Shown here: positions 22,691 to 32,557 of the stretch, piece after piece | How the letters are laid out: every line of letters begins with the position of its first letter | Numbering within the stretch: position 1 is the first letter of the stretch | Assembly (NCBI GenBank): GCA_031292055.1 | Contig: JARLHV010000050.1 | Location: 37,369-101,368, forward strand | Source: Desulfosporosinus sp. | Lineage (GTDB): Bacteria; Bacillota; Desulfitobacteriia; Desulfitobacteriales; Desulfitobacteriaceae | Reading direction: 5' to 3' | Length of the DNA stretch: 64,000 bases | The notes under the pieces: model-generated | The model's database searches: none | What the model saw: the letters and a program-made list of their open reading frames with translations, nothing else | Told to the model about the DNA's origin: nothing | Program-made: the position numbers and the translations under genes

Positions 22691-22998
22691 TTGTTACCTC
22701 TTGCTTTCCATAGAGGGGAAGGTATTGACACATTTTATTAACACATGGGTAAAAATCATATCCATGTTGTACATTACGTACCTCCTTAAATAAATGAAAA
22801 GGGGATGCCTTTGAAAGACACCCCAAAAAATAAATATGATTAATTTTTGGAACTATGGAACTCATGACTAACTGTTAGGATAGGAAAAGCTGACTGATCT
22901 TGCTCAAATATCTTTAGATGAAAGAAGGGGAGTCCGCCATGGACATCCCCTTCTAAACTAATATTTCTCTTAATTTTTTCGGGAACGATCTAACCCCT

Positions 22999-23979
22999 CT
23001 ACTCCATAACCATTTCCTTCAAGATATTTATCACATCCACGTATTTTGAATGTCCGAGCAAATCGTTATATTCTGCTTCAACAAGTGCACGTAGGAACGG
23101 CCCTTGTTGTCTGGTTTTTCCATCTGCTCCCATTTCTAATGGGTATGTACCTGTTATCTCTCCGAACGATGGTTTATACTCTCCGTCACCATCCGTAATA
23201 TTGACATTAAACCAAGCTCTGGCATCAATAATATCTTGGACACTGACCCCCAATAGTGTTGCATAGTCCTGGTCAGATGCTACGGTTTCAAAGAGGTCTA
23301 ATAAATGAAATATCAGTTCTCCAATTAGACCTAATGCACGATTAGCTAGACTATATTGTTCCTCAATTTTTTGAACTATCTCCGTTATTTGTTGTTTTTC
23401 ATAAGAATCCTTTTTCCCTTGTTCAATTTCCCAATCCAAGAAAGTGTTTAACTCTTTCAATCCTTTGCTAGTTGCTGACATAAGATTTATCGATTCTTCT
23501 GCCTCATTTCGTGCAGTTATCAGGAGATTCTCGACCACTCTTTTCATCAGGCTTTTTCTGAGGATTATGGGGGTAGAAAGATCGATGGCCCTGAAATATG
23601 ACTGCAAATCATCGGGGGATAACATTTCTATCACTTCGGAAAATTGTGAAAGGGGTGTTGTTATGGTTACTGATGGGACTGGTAGGATCGGCACTTCAAC
23701 TACCTTAAAATAACCTTGCTCAACATAATATGGATATGGACGATTATTCTCATCAAATATCCCTTCTGTTCTAAAAAATTCAAGCAACCGTTCGGGTTCC
23801 ATATCATAATCACGGGCAACTTCTTCGAAAGTGAAATTTTCGGCTGACTGATTCAAATTCGGCATTAAAACCTGTTTTGGATTGTGTTTAGAAGTTTTGT
23901 TTATTTTATTTACCCCTCCCATTATTAGGCTTAAATTTGTGTTACTTTTAGGTGAACCGTGCTTAGTGACTTTTTTCAT
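22999..23979 (-). CDS. Phage antirepressor KilAC-domain protein
   Basis: FEEVARDYDMEPERLLEFFRTEGIF...PYPYYVEQGYFKVVE matches the KilAC/ANT pattern. Confidence 0.7.
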   Translation of the reverse strand: MKKVTKHGSPKSNTNLSLIMGGVNKINKTSKHNPKQVLMPNLNQSAENFTFEEVARDYDMEPERLLEFFRTEGIFDENNRPYPYYVEQGYFKVVEVPILPVPSVTITTPLSQFSEVIEMLSPDDLQSYFRAIDLSTPIILRKSLMKRVVENLLITARNEAEESINLMSATSKGLKELNTFLDWEIEQGKKDSYEKQQITEIVQKIEEQYSLANRALGLIGELIFHLLDLFETVASDQDYATLLGVSVQDIIDARAWFNVNITDGDGEYKPSFGEITGTYPLEMGADGKTRQQGPFLRALVEAEYNDLLGHSKYVDVINILKEMVME

Positions 23980-24024
23980 TTTATTACCTCCAAAATTTAG
24001 AATTGTGTTTAACGTTTTTAATTG

Positions 24025-24395
24025 CTAATGAGTGACGGCAGAAGAAAATATAAATCTCAAATAAGATAAAGTTGACCACAATCATTTTCGTAAGGCACAG
24101 GATGTGGTCAAATTTTTTACTTAAGAACAGTAGCCCTTTTGGAGTTGTTAATGTCACAGGAAAGACGTGGGTTTTGCCATTGAAATACTTCGTTGTATAT
24201 CTGATGTTGAAGTAACCTCTATCAAGGTATCTCTGGTAATACAGGCTAAGCGTCCTTTGAATATTGAAGATTGAAGATTGGTCTCAAAAGCACAACAAAA
24301 AATCCGTCTGGTTTAAATCCCACACGGTCTAATGCTTGTTAGGTTTGGTAGAAGAAAATGATTGCCTTTTTGTCCAGGGAATTACTAGTGGACAT
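24025..24395 (-). pseudogene. Degenerate KilAC antirepressor fragment
   Basis: ATG after GGAGGTG meets an early stop; another frame reads YYQRYLDRGYFNIRYTTK...VTLTTPKGLLFL (KilAC C-terminus). Confidence 0.55.
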
Positions 24396-25113
24396 CACCT
24401 CCTTTAATGACTCTTTCCAAAGTGAGAGAGCTATCGTTTCAGAGATTTTGTTTAACCCTTACACCTTGTCATTGTCGTAATACGCACTAAAGTCACTTAC
24501 AACCGGAAACATTTTTAATAAAGAACTACTGATGAAATGTCTTCCCCTCAATAGCTCTCTCCTAGATAAAATTCAATTTTCATTATCCCTTCTTTTTTGT
24601 AGGTGATGTTCCCTCTAATAGGTTATCCCTCACAAATCATCCGAAAGTGACTCTTTTCTGAAATGTTTTCAATGAGAATTAACAGCTGGGTAACAATAAT
24701 CACAAATATAGAAACAGCTTTAGCATCTTTGATAATTTTGGTTTTTATCTTCGCAAAGCCGCATAGGAAGAAAGTCTAGTTCTGTAACAATGACTTCTTT
24801 AATTACACTTTTGGTGGGGAGTTTCATTTTCGACATACCCGTAGATAGAACTAAATCACTTTTAATTTTCCTAAGTTATAGAGAATACTGTCCTTTAGTG
24901 AACCTCATCCCATTGCATATCCTTCTGAATTTCAGCACAGAATTTGCCTCAGTTCATCTTGTCTGCCATAATTTCCGCACTACTATGTTATGAAAGGTAG
25001 GACGGTGTCCAGAATCTTGCAATGTCTGTTTGCTCCACGTTCTGAACAGAGGTGAAGATGGGAACCACGTATATCCATGGGGTCGATAATATCGACATCA
25101 TACTTAAACGGTC

Positions 25114-25341
25114 TCAATTCTTCACTTTGAATCGGATAATATGTTTGCCCTTGATCAATTTGACGTAAGGGCAATACCATACTTGTGCTGTCGGGATATT
25201 GGCTTGGTATAAGGAAATCACTGAAGGGAAAATTTCCTTGAGTGGAAAATTCATACCCTTGATGCTTTTCACCAAATCGCAGTGTTGCTTTCCCACCTTT
25301 ACAGCTACGTCACGAGTTGAAATCACCCCATAGGGAGACAC
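25114..25341 (-). pseudogene. Rha-family phage regulatory protein fragment
   Basis: ISTRDVAVKVGKQHCDLVKSI resembles the Rha N-terminal motif (SREVAEMVGKxHxxLxRxI); short, no clear RBS. Confidence 0.5.
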
Positions 25342-25552
25342 CGGATTCTGTCTGTTAACAGACGGTTATACAAGGGGGTGAATTAAAGTAGCCCCTTTCA
25401 ATCGAAGGCAATGGGATTCACTAAGCTCAAAATTGAGGGCAGTGGACCTTCTATGAGCTTGTTAGGTTTGCAGGTTCGGTATGATTTTCCCATGGATCAG
25501 CCAAAAGGCAGCACGACACCACCTGGGCTATGGCACTAGCAGCAGCTTTTTT

Positions 25553-25616
25553 AAATGAGAAAAACGCCCCCACGTTTAAAACTTGAGAAGGCGTTGTTTA
25601 TATTTCGAGACAATGA
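25553..25616 (-). repeat. Structured leader motif, copy C
   Basis: Minus strand TCATTG...AACGCCTTC-TCAAGTTTTAAACGT-GGGGGCGTT-TTTCTCATTT; homologous to 26016-26082 and 29162-29240. Confidence 0.8.
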
Positions 25617-26015
25617 TTATTTAGTTAGTGTTCCTGCCAGACGTAGTTAACGCCCTGGCCTTTACTAGTCCGCCGATCATTTCAACTACCCACAAGTTGT
25701 TGGAGGTTGGAACGACTACCCTTTGAAGGGGGCCGTTCATTTCAGCTATTCGCAATTTACGGAACACTGGCTTGGGGGGGATCAATTATCGGCCACCCCC
25801 TTTGCCGGGTGGCCAGATTAAACTGGGAAAGACCAACCTACCCGAGTAACTATCAAACTGTCCGTTACTGCTGAAGAACCTTACTTAAGGGGTCTGTGAG
25901 CCTTCGTATATGCCAGTTCGGATTAGATTGCCCCTTGGATCGGCCAAAAGGTTGAGATGGCGTTATAAGCACGAACCCACTTGGGCTATGGTCCTATGGT
26001 CCTAGCACGTTATTC

Positions 26016-26082
26016 AAATGAGAACAACGCTCTTCCACGTTTGAAAACTTAAGAGAGCGTTATTAATAATTCAAAACAATGA
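26016..26082 (-). repeat. Structured leader motif, copy B
   Basis: Minus strand TCATTG...AACGCTCT-CTTAAGTTTTCAAACGTGGA-AGAGCGTT-GTTCTCATTT. Confidence 0.8.
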
Positions 26083-26159
26083 AGCCCCTTATTAGCACCA
26101 ATTGCACTTTGTTCTAAATGGGTCGTTATGAAGGTTAAGTTGCCATAGTGTCAGCTCGC

Positions 26160-26306
26160 CTAAGGGGCAGTTACTGTCACAGTGCAAGTAGCGATCTTAC
26201 AACCATCTTGTGAAGTTGCCGTAATGGTCGTTGTTCCTGCACTTACCCGGGTAACTATACCATTAGTGACTACAGTAGCTTTGTCGACTGTGAGGGACAA
26301 TGCATT
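26160..26306 (-). pseudogene. Orphan Ig-like (Big_2) half-domain relic
   Basis: KATVVTNGIVTRVSAGTTTITATSQDGCKIATCTVTVTAP*; resembles the Big_2 segment of the upstream gene but is out of frame with it and has no start. Confidence 0.6.
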
Positions 26307-26319
26307 GGATTAAGGCTTA

Positions 26320-28959
26320 TTACTTAGGTGCATTTTGGCTACCCCAGTTCAAGAGAACAGATCCCATTTTCCATACTTGGGCTGAATCAGAGAAGATTCT
26401 CAGTTGGTGGCTGATTGCTGTTCCAGGGTCTATTTTATAACTGTTATTTGCAGTAGTCGATGCGGTATTAGCAACATAGGTTACGTTGCCATCTGCCAAA
26501 GTAACGGATACTGTGCCATCGTCACCTGTTGTTAAGGCAACGACTGGGGTAGTGTTGTTATTTAGATCAGTAGCAGTTAATCCTGTGACTGACACACTTG
26601 AATAGGCGGGAGCACTAGCCAAGGTCCCAAGATTGAAGAGTGGGACAGGCGTATTGACCGTCTGCATTGATGGCGAAGAGGTTGTACCCATGTTAACACT
26701 TCCGGTAATGGCTTTTCCGTTAACCTGTGTAATCCACAAGCCCGGAATCCCTGTTCCAAGGTATAGGGTTTGATTAGCAATCGGATTGCCATAGGCATCC
26801 TGAAAATTCAAGGTTATATTTTGTGAGCCACCCAGGACATCGTTAACGCTCGATGGACTTATTTTTATAGGCGTAAGACTACTGCTCACTGCGGTAAAGC
26901 TGGTGGTGACTGTTGCGGTTTTGCTATTAAGCGAGTTGCTAATAGTGATTATCGGAGTTTCTGAATACTTGTCACTTGCATACACTTGTGCAACCTCGAC
27001 AGGGGCGAATACACTAGCAGCTAAGGTGGATACACTGATTGAATAAGGAGCAAAGCTATTATGGTTCGCGAAGTAGCTGGCCACCATAGGTTGTAATTGT
27101 CCTTTGGAATTCACGTTAAAGCCGAGAAATTCTTCAAAGTTACCTGGTAAATTGGTTGAAGGCAAAGTCCATGTACCAACAGTAGCAACTTGTGATCCAG
27201 AAGATCCGATTTTATATACATTAACCCCGATAAAATTAGTCGGATCCGACATACTTTCTTCAATTAGTGTTGCTGAACCACTTGGTGAACCAGACGTATA
27301 GCCAACAACCTTATAACCTGACTGAGCTTTCCAGAGTTGAACAGTGTTAACACTAACTTCGCCAGAACTGTTTACATTGACTGTCACATTGGTAGGATTA
27401 GAAGGAAGAGTGTAGCCATCAACATTTGTAATTACTTCGTTCTTATCTGAACTCATGTTCATAGTCAACCCTTGGCTAGGAACAGTACTCATAGCTGGGT
27501 GAGAGTTGAAGGGAGCAACTACAAAACTAGCATTCTTTGTACTATCATAAATATTAAATGTTGGTAGGGCAACTCCAGCTACAGTGAGAGTTGCTACAGG
27601 AGTCGCATTGCTTGCCAGCAATGGATAGTATTGGGTAAATCCACTCAGATCGGCGGCTACACCAAGATCTCCACTTGTTACAGGTCTTACTGTCACAGTG
27701 CAAGTAGCTGTTTTTGCTCCATCGTCGGTTGTTGCTGTAATAATCGTCGTCCCTGTTTTTAATGGAGTTACTACTCCGTTTACAACCGTTGCTACAACTG
27801 CATTACTCGTTGTCCAAGTAACTGCTTGGTTTGTAGCATTGGCAGGAGATACGGTAGCAACTAGTGGGCCAGTGGCACCACCAGGTGTTAGAGATAATGT
27901 AGGATAATTAAGACTTACTCCTGTTACTGCGATCACCGATGGGGTCACATTATCACTTGAAGACCCGCCTCCCACAGATGAGTTAAAAGAAGTTGTAATT
28001 TGTGCAACATCGGCATCAGTGACCAGGGCGTGACCGCCAAGAGCAGTTACTACTGACGTTGAACCTAGCTTACTATTAATACTACTAGAAGCAATTGAAC
28101 CGTCTCCATTGGAGTCATTAAGAACAATGGGTGAATTTGTCTTAGCTGCGAGAGATGATGCAACGAGAGAGTCAACCAAGTGAGTGTCTGTGCCGTTAGC
28201 AACATAGACATTGTCATATTTATAGGTTAAGGCTTTGAGGACGGCTAGATTCGTAGCGAAGCGATCTGCACCAAAGAGACGAGTAGCACCAGGGATATCT
28301 GCTACGAGAGTAGGTCCTCCAATGAGGTACGTAGTAGCACCTTTATAAGCAGTCTTCGAAACTGGTAGGGTCCCATCAGGGTTTGCCACTAAGATTAAAT
28401 AGTTGTTGGCAGCGGCGTAAGAAGCTATGGATAATGCATCAGCTAAAGCCCCATAACCTACTACGAAAGAACCTGTTGGATTAATTAATTTAGCAGAAAT
28501 CTCATTCGCTGTTGCAATTCTATCTGCACCCTCCAGTACTGTAGTATTTACACCGTTTATCGCGTTGACTTGATCAATAACTGATTGACTAATAGATCCA
28601 ACCGCATAAACTTTCTTTACACCAAGTTTGATTAATTCAGCTTGAGTAGAAGACGACAGGGTATTATTGTCCGTTAACAAGATCGGAGATGTTTTACCTG
28701 CTAAGGGTGCAGCCAATAATACATCTACTAAATCAGCATCGTTAGATGAAGCTAAGATAGCTGTGTCAGCAGTCGTCCAGCCAGCATCTGCTACTGCAAT
28801 GGCGGTTCCAATTCGGTCGGAACCGAACAGTCGTGCAGTCGTTCCAGTGGTTGTAAAATTAAATGGGGTCCCAATGTCTGCAAAGGCATTAAACGGAGCC
28901 ATTGTTAGAGCCATACCCGTAATAGCTATAGAAGCTAAGGCTTTTTTTGCTATTTTCAT
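26320..28959 (-). CDS. CWB2 (cell wall binding repeat 2) surface protein with Ig-like Big_2 domain
   Basis: Signal peptide (…PFNAFA), three CWB2 repeats (RLFGSDRIGTA, LEGADRIATA, RLFGADRFATN), VTGVSLN...VTWTTSN...TATCTVTV Ig-like domain, Thr/Ser-rich C-terminus. Confidence 0.88.
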   Translation of the reverse strand: MKIAKKALASIAITGMALTMAPFNAFADIGTPFNFTTTGTTARLFGSDRIGTAIAVADAGWTTADTAILASSNDADLVDVLLAAPLAGKTSPILLTDNNTLSSSTQAELIKLGVKKVYAVGSISQSVIDQVNAINGVNTTVLEGADRIATANEISAKLINPTGSFVVGYGALADALSIASYAAANNYLILVANPDGTLPVSKTAYKGATTYLIGGPTLVADIPGATRLFGADRFATNLAVLKALTYKYDNVYVANGTDTHLVDSLVASSLAAKTNSPIVLNDSNGDGSIASSSINSKLGSTSVVTALGGHALVTDADVAQITTSFNSSVGGGSSSDNVTPSVIAVTGVSLNYPTLSLTPGGATGPLVATVSPANATNQAVTWTTSNAVVATVVNGVVTPLKTGTTIITATTDDGAKTATCTVTVRPVTSGDLGVAADLSGFTQYYPLLASNATPVATLTVAGVALPTFNIYDSTKNASFVVAPFNSHPAMSTVPSQGLTMNMSSDKNEVITNVDGYTLPSNPTNVTVNVNSSGEVSVNTVQLWKAQSGYKVVGYTSGSPSGSATLIEESMSDPTNFIGVNVYKIGSSGSQVATVGTWTLPSTNLPGNFEEFLGFNVNSKGQLQPMVASYFANHNSFAPYSISVSTLAASVFAPVEVAQVYASDKYSETPIITISNSLNSKTATVTTSFTAVSSSLTPIKISPSSVNDVLGGSQNITLNFQDAYGNPIANQTLYLGTGIPGLWITQVNGKAITGSVNMGTTSSPSMQTVNTPVPLFNLGTLASAPAYSSVSVTGLTATDLNNNTTPVVALTTGDDGTVSVTLADGNVTYVANTASTTANNSYKIDPGTAISHQLRIFSDSAQVWKMGSVLLNWGSQNAPK

Positions 28960-29161
28960 GTAGTGAATCTCTCCTATCGTCTTTGACTAGCAGGGGTGAT
29001 TTCTGTTCTCATAGGGTGGAAAGAGAATCATTTCAACCACTCCGTCCATCAACTCCATTAATTTCTATTTATGGTCTATTCTCCATGGCTATACATGTAT
29101 CCTTCCTGATCTGACTGGTTCAACACAACTTCTCCATATCATAAGCAAATTATCTGGAATT

Positions 29162-29240
29162 AGATGAGAAAAACGCTCTCCCACGTTCTAAAAACTTGAG
29201 AGGGCGTTGTTTTTATGTTGTTTATATTGCAAAACAATGA
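29162..29240 (-). promoter_or_regulatory. Structured leader motif, copy A, ~200 nt upstream of the large CWB2 gene
   Basis: Minus strand TCATTG...AACGCCCTCTC-AAGTTTTTAGAACGTGG-GAGAGCGTT-TTTCTCATCT; preceded by a TTGACT -35 candidate. Confidence 0.65.
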
Positions 29241-29417
29241 ATATTCAGTTGGTATTCTGAGTCAAATGTATTTTACGTACTGGCTTTTTGCCGTATATAA
29301 AATATTTGTTAATTTTGCAGGAATATTTAGGAAACGTGTAGAAGGTTTCTTTTAGTCGATTTAGTCTGACTCAAGAGGATGTTGAGTCCTTTGCTAGAAG
29401 AGATGGGAGGAGAAATA

Positions 29418-30785
29418 ATGAATAAACTACTGGGCGTGGTACTAGCAACTATACTGGTTTTATTAGTGTCAGTAGTACCCGTGTCGGCAGAAACGGTCAA
29501 TGGAATCAACGCAACATCACGTCTAGCAGGACAAGACCACTATCAAACATCCGTAGCCATTGCCGAAGCTTACAACCATAACGGTGATTGTGGTAATGTA
29601 ATACTCGCATCAGGAGATAGTTTTCCCGATGCCTTGTCGGCCAGCATATTATCAAAAAAAATGAATGCTCCCATTTTGCTCGTTGGTTCTACAGTAAATG
29701 CTTCAAGTGATACGTTCAATTATCTCTATACACACGCATCCCAGCAAAGGGGGAATGTTTATATCGTCGGTGGAACAGGGGTAATTGGGCCGGATTTTGA
29801 AACAAAGCTAGCTTCGATGGGGTATAGTAACATCAAACGGCTAGGCGGTACGGATCGCTATGACACGAATATGCTCCTCGTTAATGAGGTTAATGTTACC
29901 CAAGGTACGCCAGTTTTTATTGCCTCAGGTGAAAATTTCCCCGATGCTTTGAGTATTTCCAGTTTTTCAGGCTCAAAACAATACCCAACGCTTTTAGTCG
30001 GAGTAGATTATTTACCGGACAAAACAAAAGGTTATCTCCTAAATGAAAAGCCATCTGCTGTCTATATTGCAGGAGGGACATCCGTTGTTTCGCAAGACAT
30101 TGAAAACCAAATAAATGCCTTAGTTCCGGGTGCTACGGTTACACGTCTGGCCGGTGATGATCGGTTCGGGACAAATGCCGCCGTCATAAACGAGTTTTCA
30201 TCTACTCCTGATACAATTTATCTTGCTAACGGAGATGATTTTCCGAATGTCCTCGCTGGGAGTGCTTTAGCAGCTAAAACAGGAAATCCAATTATTCTAG
30301 TAGATAATCAACTTTCGACCCTTCCCTCTGCAGCCGAAGCTTATCTGAATGAACTCAACGATTCAGGGATTCAAGCTAATTCAATAGCTTTGGGTGGAAC
30401 AGATGTCGTTTCAGATGACCTGATACAACAGTTTGAAAATGCTTTTTATGCTGATAGAAAAATACCATTTCTACCACTTGATTATAAGAATGTTGACAAT
30501 ATACAGGTAACGGGTAACGCCAATAAAATATACTCAGAAAAATATATAATGCAAATTGTAAAAATTATCAATGGAATAAAGAGTTATGAGAGTATAGACA
30601 TACCTGTTTACCATTCAACTCCAGCACCTAACTTATCTTTAATGATAACGACAAAAGAAAATAAATATATTATGATTTATGAGGATTATGATCTAAAAGA
30701 TAAAATAAGTGATGGGCATACTTCCTACATTATTAATCACTCTGCTATAGAACAAATATTTTCAAACTATGTTTTAGACAACTGA
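29418..30785 (+). CDS. CWB2 cell-wall-binding protein
   Basis: ATG after GGAGGAG; signal peptide (…VPVSA); three repeats RLAGQDHYQTS, RLGGTDRYDTN, RLAGDDRFGTN with xASGxxFPDAL and PILL motifs. Confidence 0.9.
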   Translation: MNKLLGVVLATILVLLVSVVPVSAETVNGINATSRLAGQDHYQTSVAIAEAYNHNGDCGNVILASGDSFPDALSASILSKKMNAPILLVGSTVNASSDTFNYLYTHASQQRGNVYIVGGTGVIGPDFETKLASMGYSNIKRLGGTDRYDTNMLLVNEVNVTQGTPVFIASGENFPDALSISSFSGSKQYPTLLVGVDYLPDKTKGYLLNEKPSAVYIAGGTSVVSQDIENQINALVPGATVTRLAGDDRFGTNAAVINEFSSTPDTIYLANGDDFPNVLAGSALAAKTGNPIILVDNQLSTLPSAAEAYLNELNDSGIQANSIALGGTDVVSDDLIQQFENAFYADRKIPFLPLDYKNVDNIQVTGNANKIYSEKYIMQIVKIINGIKSYESIDIPVYHSTPAPNLSLMITTKENKYIMIYEDYDLKDKISDGHTSYIINHSAIEQIFSNYVLDN

Positions 30786-31426
30786 TCCTGCATCAATATC
30801 AGCCTCTCAAACGACTCCTGCTCCTTAATAACAACATCACGATGGCTGAGTTCAATCAGATCAAAAATGGTATGACTTATGATGAGTTATGATAAGCTTT
30901 ATGTGTAGTAGATAATAAACAGCTAGAAACTTCTTTTACAGACGCTCCTAGCTGTTTTTCTTCCTTTTAAAAATGTCACTAACTGCTAGGATCGGAGTTT
31001 AAGCAGCTAGTTCCGAAAGAGTGTCGGTAGTTAATTAGGATAGCTCGGATAGTTTCGTTATGTGACGCATAGGACTGATAAATAAATGTTTGATCGGAAG
31101 GGGGCCGATCTTTTTTCTCCAAAAAAATTTAATAAACCGTAAATCCACTTTTCATAATAGGCTATTTTGTGAATGGGGTGGCCCTACTCACGTTCATATT
31201 ACTGAGGCATATGTGCATCGTTAGATTCGTTAAGGGCCGTATCTATATATTAGTGAATGTATTTTCCCTGCACCAGGCATAGGCAAATGGATGTACCCCC
31301 AAATGTTAGCTTAGGGTGGCTTCAATTTAGCAACGTACAAATTATAATTGCTCTACCAATTCACTTATCTAACAAATTCCCAGGTGGGACATAAAAGAGC
31401 TGCTAAAAAAGAAAGGGGCACTCCCT

Positions 31427-32272
31427 TTACGAGAATGCCTTATCAATAGCTACCTCTAGATCTCTTTCTGTGGGCTTGGAATAACGTCTCGTTACATTGA
31501 TATCAGCATGTCCACACAGATCAGCTACAGTGGAGAGATCCACTCCTTTACTAACCAGTTCCCGTGCAAAGGTATGTCTTAGTGCATGAGGGTGAACGCC
31601 GTAATTGCTTAACATATGTTGGACTGCTCTCACACTGATTCTCTGACGGAAATTTGAGAAGAACAATGCTGGATCATTATCATCTCTGGTCTCAAGGTAT
31701 TTACTTAGGTATAAACGTGCCTCAGTCGAGAGTGGTACACGTCTTGAGACATTCCCTTTACCATTACGGACTGTGATGGAACCAGACCGTTCTCCCGTCA
31801 CTACGTCCGATCTGTCAAGTGCTACTAGCTCAGACACACGGATGCCAGTTCGAATAAGTAGGTTCACGATGGCAATGTCACGGGAATTATCGTTTCTCTC
31901 GACTTCACGAAGTAGGTTATTCCGTTCAGTACGTTCTAACGATTCAGGTGCAATATTTTTAGCTTGACGTGCTTGTGGTAATCGTATATTCTCGATTATA
32001 TTGGGGCTACCGATGAAACGAGCAAATTGGGAGATGGCTGCAAATCGGTTATTGATCGTGCTGGCACTGTTGCCCTTTGACTCTAAGGATTGAATGAATA
32101 GTTGAACATCTATTCGGGTTAGTTTAGCCAGATCTCCATCGTTATTTTGCAACCAGTCGTTGAACATTTCTAGTGAGTGCCTGTAGTTCTTGGCTGTCAA
32201 TTGACTCTTGCCTTTGTCCAAAATGTGAACCTGAAAATCATCAATGACTTTTACGACACTTTTTTCGTCCAT
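31427..32272 (-). CDS. Second tyrosine recombinase (XerC/D-like) of element 1
   Basis: RDIAIVNLLIRTGIRVSE, VRNGKGN, HPHALRHTFA, GHADINVTRRY. Confidence 0.92.
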   Translation of the reverse strand: MDEKSVVKVIDDFQVHILDKGKSQLTAKNYRHSLEMFNDWLQNNDGDLAKLTRIDVQLFIQSLESKGNSASTINNRFAAISQFARFIGSPNIIENIRLPQARQAKNIAPESLERTERNNLLREVERNDNSRDIAIVNLLIRTGIRVSELVALDRSDVVTGERSGSITVRNGKGNVSRRVPLSTEARLYLSKYLETRDDNDPALFFSNFRQRISVRAVQHMLSNYGVHPHALRHTFARELVSKGVDLSTVADLCGHADINVTRRYSKPTERDLEVAIDKAFS

Positions 32273-32557
32273 TAGAGCACCTCTTTTGCTAGGCTTAGGG
32301 CTTTATTATAACATAAATTGTCGTATAACTCAATTTATACGACACGCATATTAGTTTTACTATCTCATATATGTTAGAATGGAGTAACGGTTTACTCCAT
32401 CGATGGACGCTAGGATAGTGGCTTACTTTTCTAATTCGAGACAATTGTGTAGTCCTGATGCTTAAAAGCTGTATACTAATGTTGCCAATTATAATAGTGG
32501 TAAAGAAGGATTTTATATATACAGTGTTGAATAACAAATAACATTAGTACTACTAGA

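Noticed and set aside
25380-26082. c-di-GMP riboswitch, CRISPR array, group II intron or IscB omega-RNA in the structured region
   Set aside because: No GNRA-tetraloop/receptor pattern with GCAAA; no regularly spaced identical repeats; no RT or IscB/TnpB gene. TCAACTACCC at ~25682 alone is too short to support an omega-RNA.
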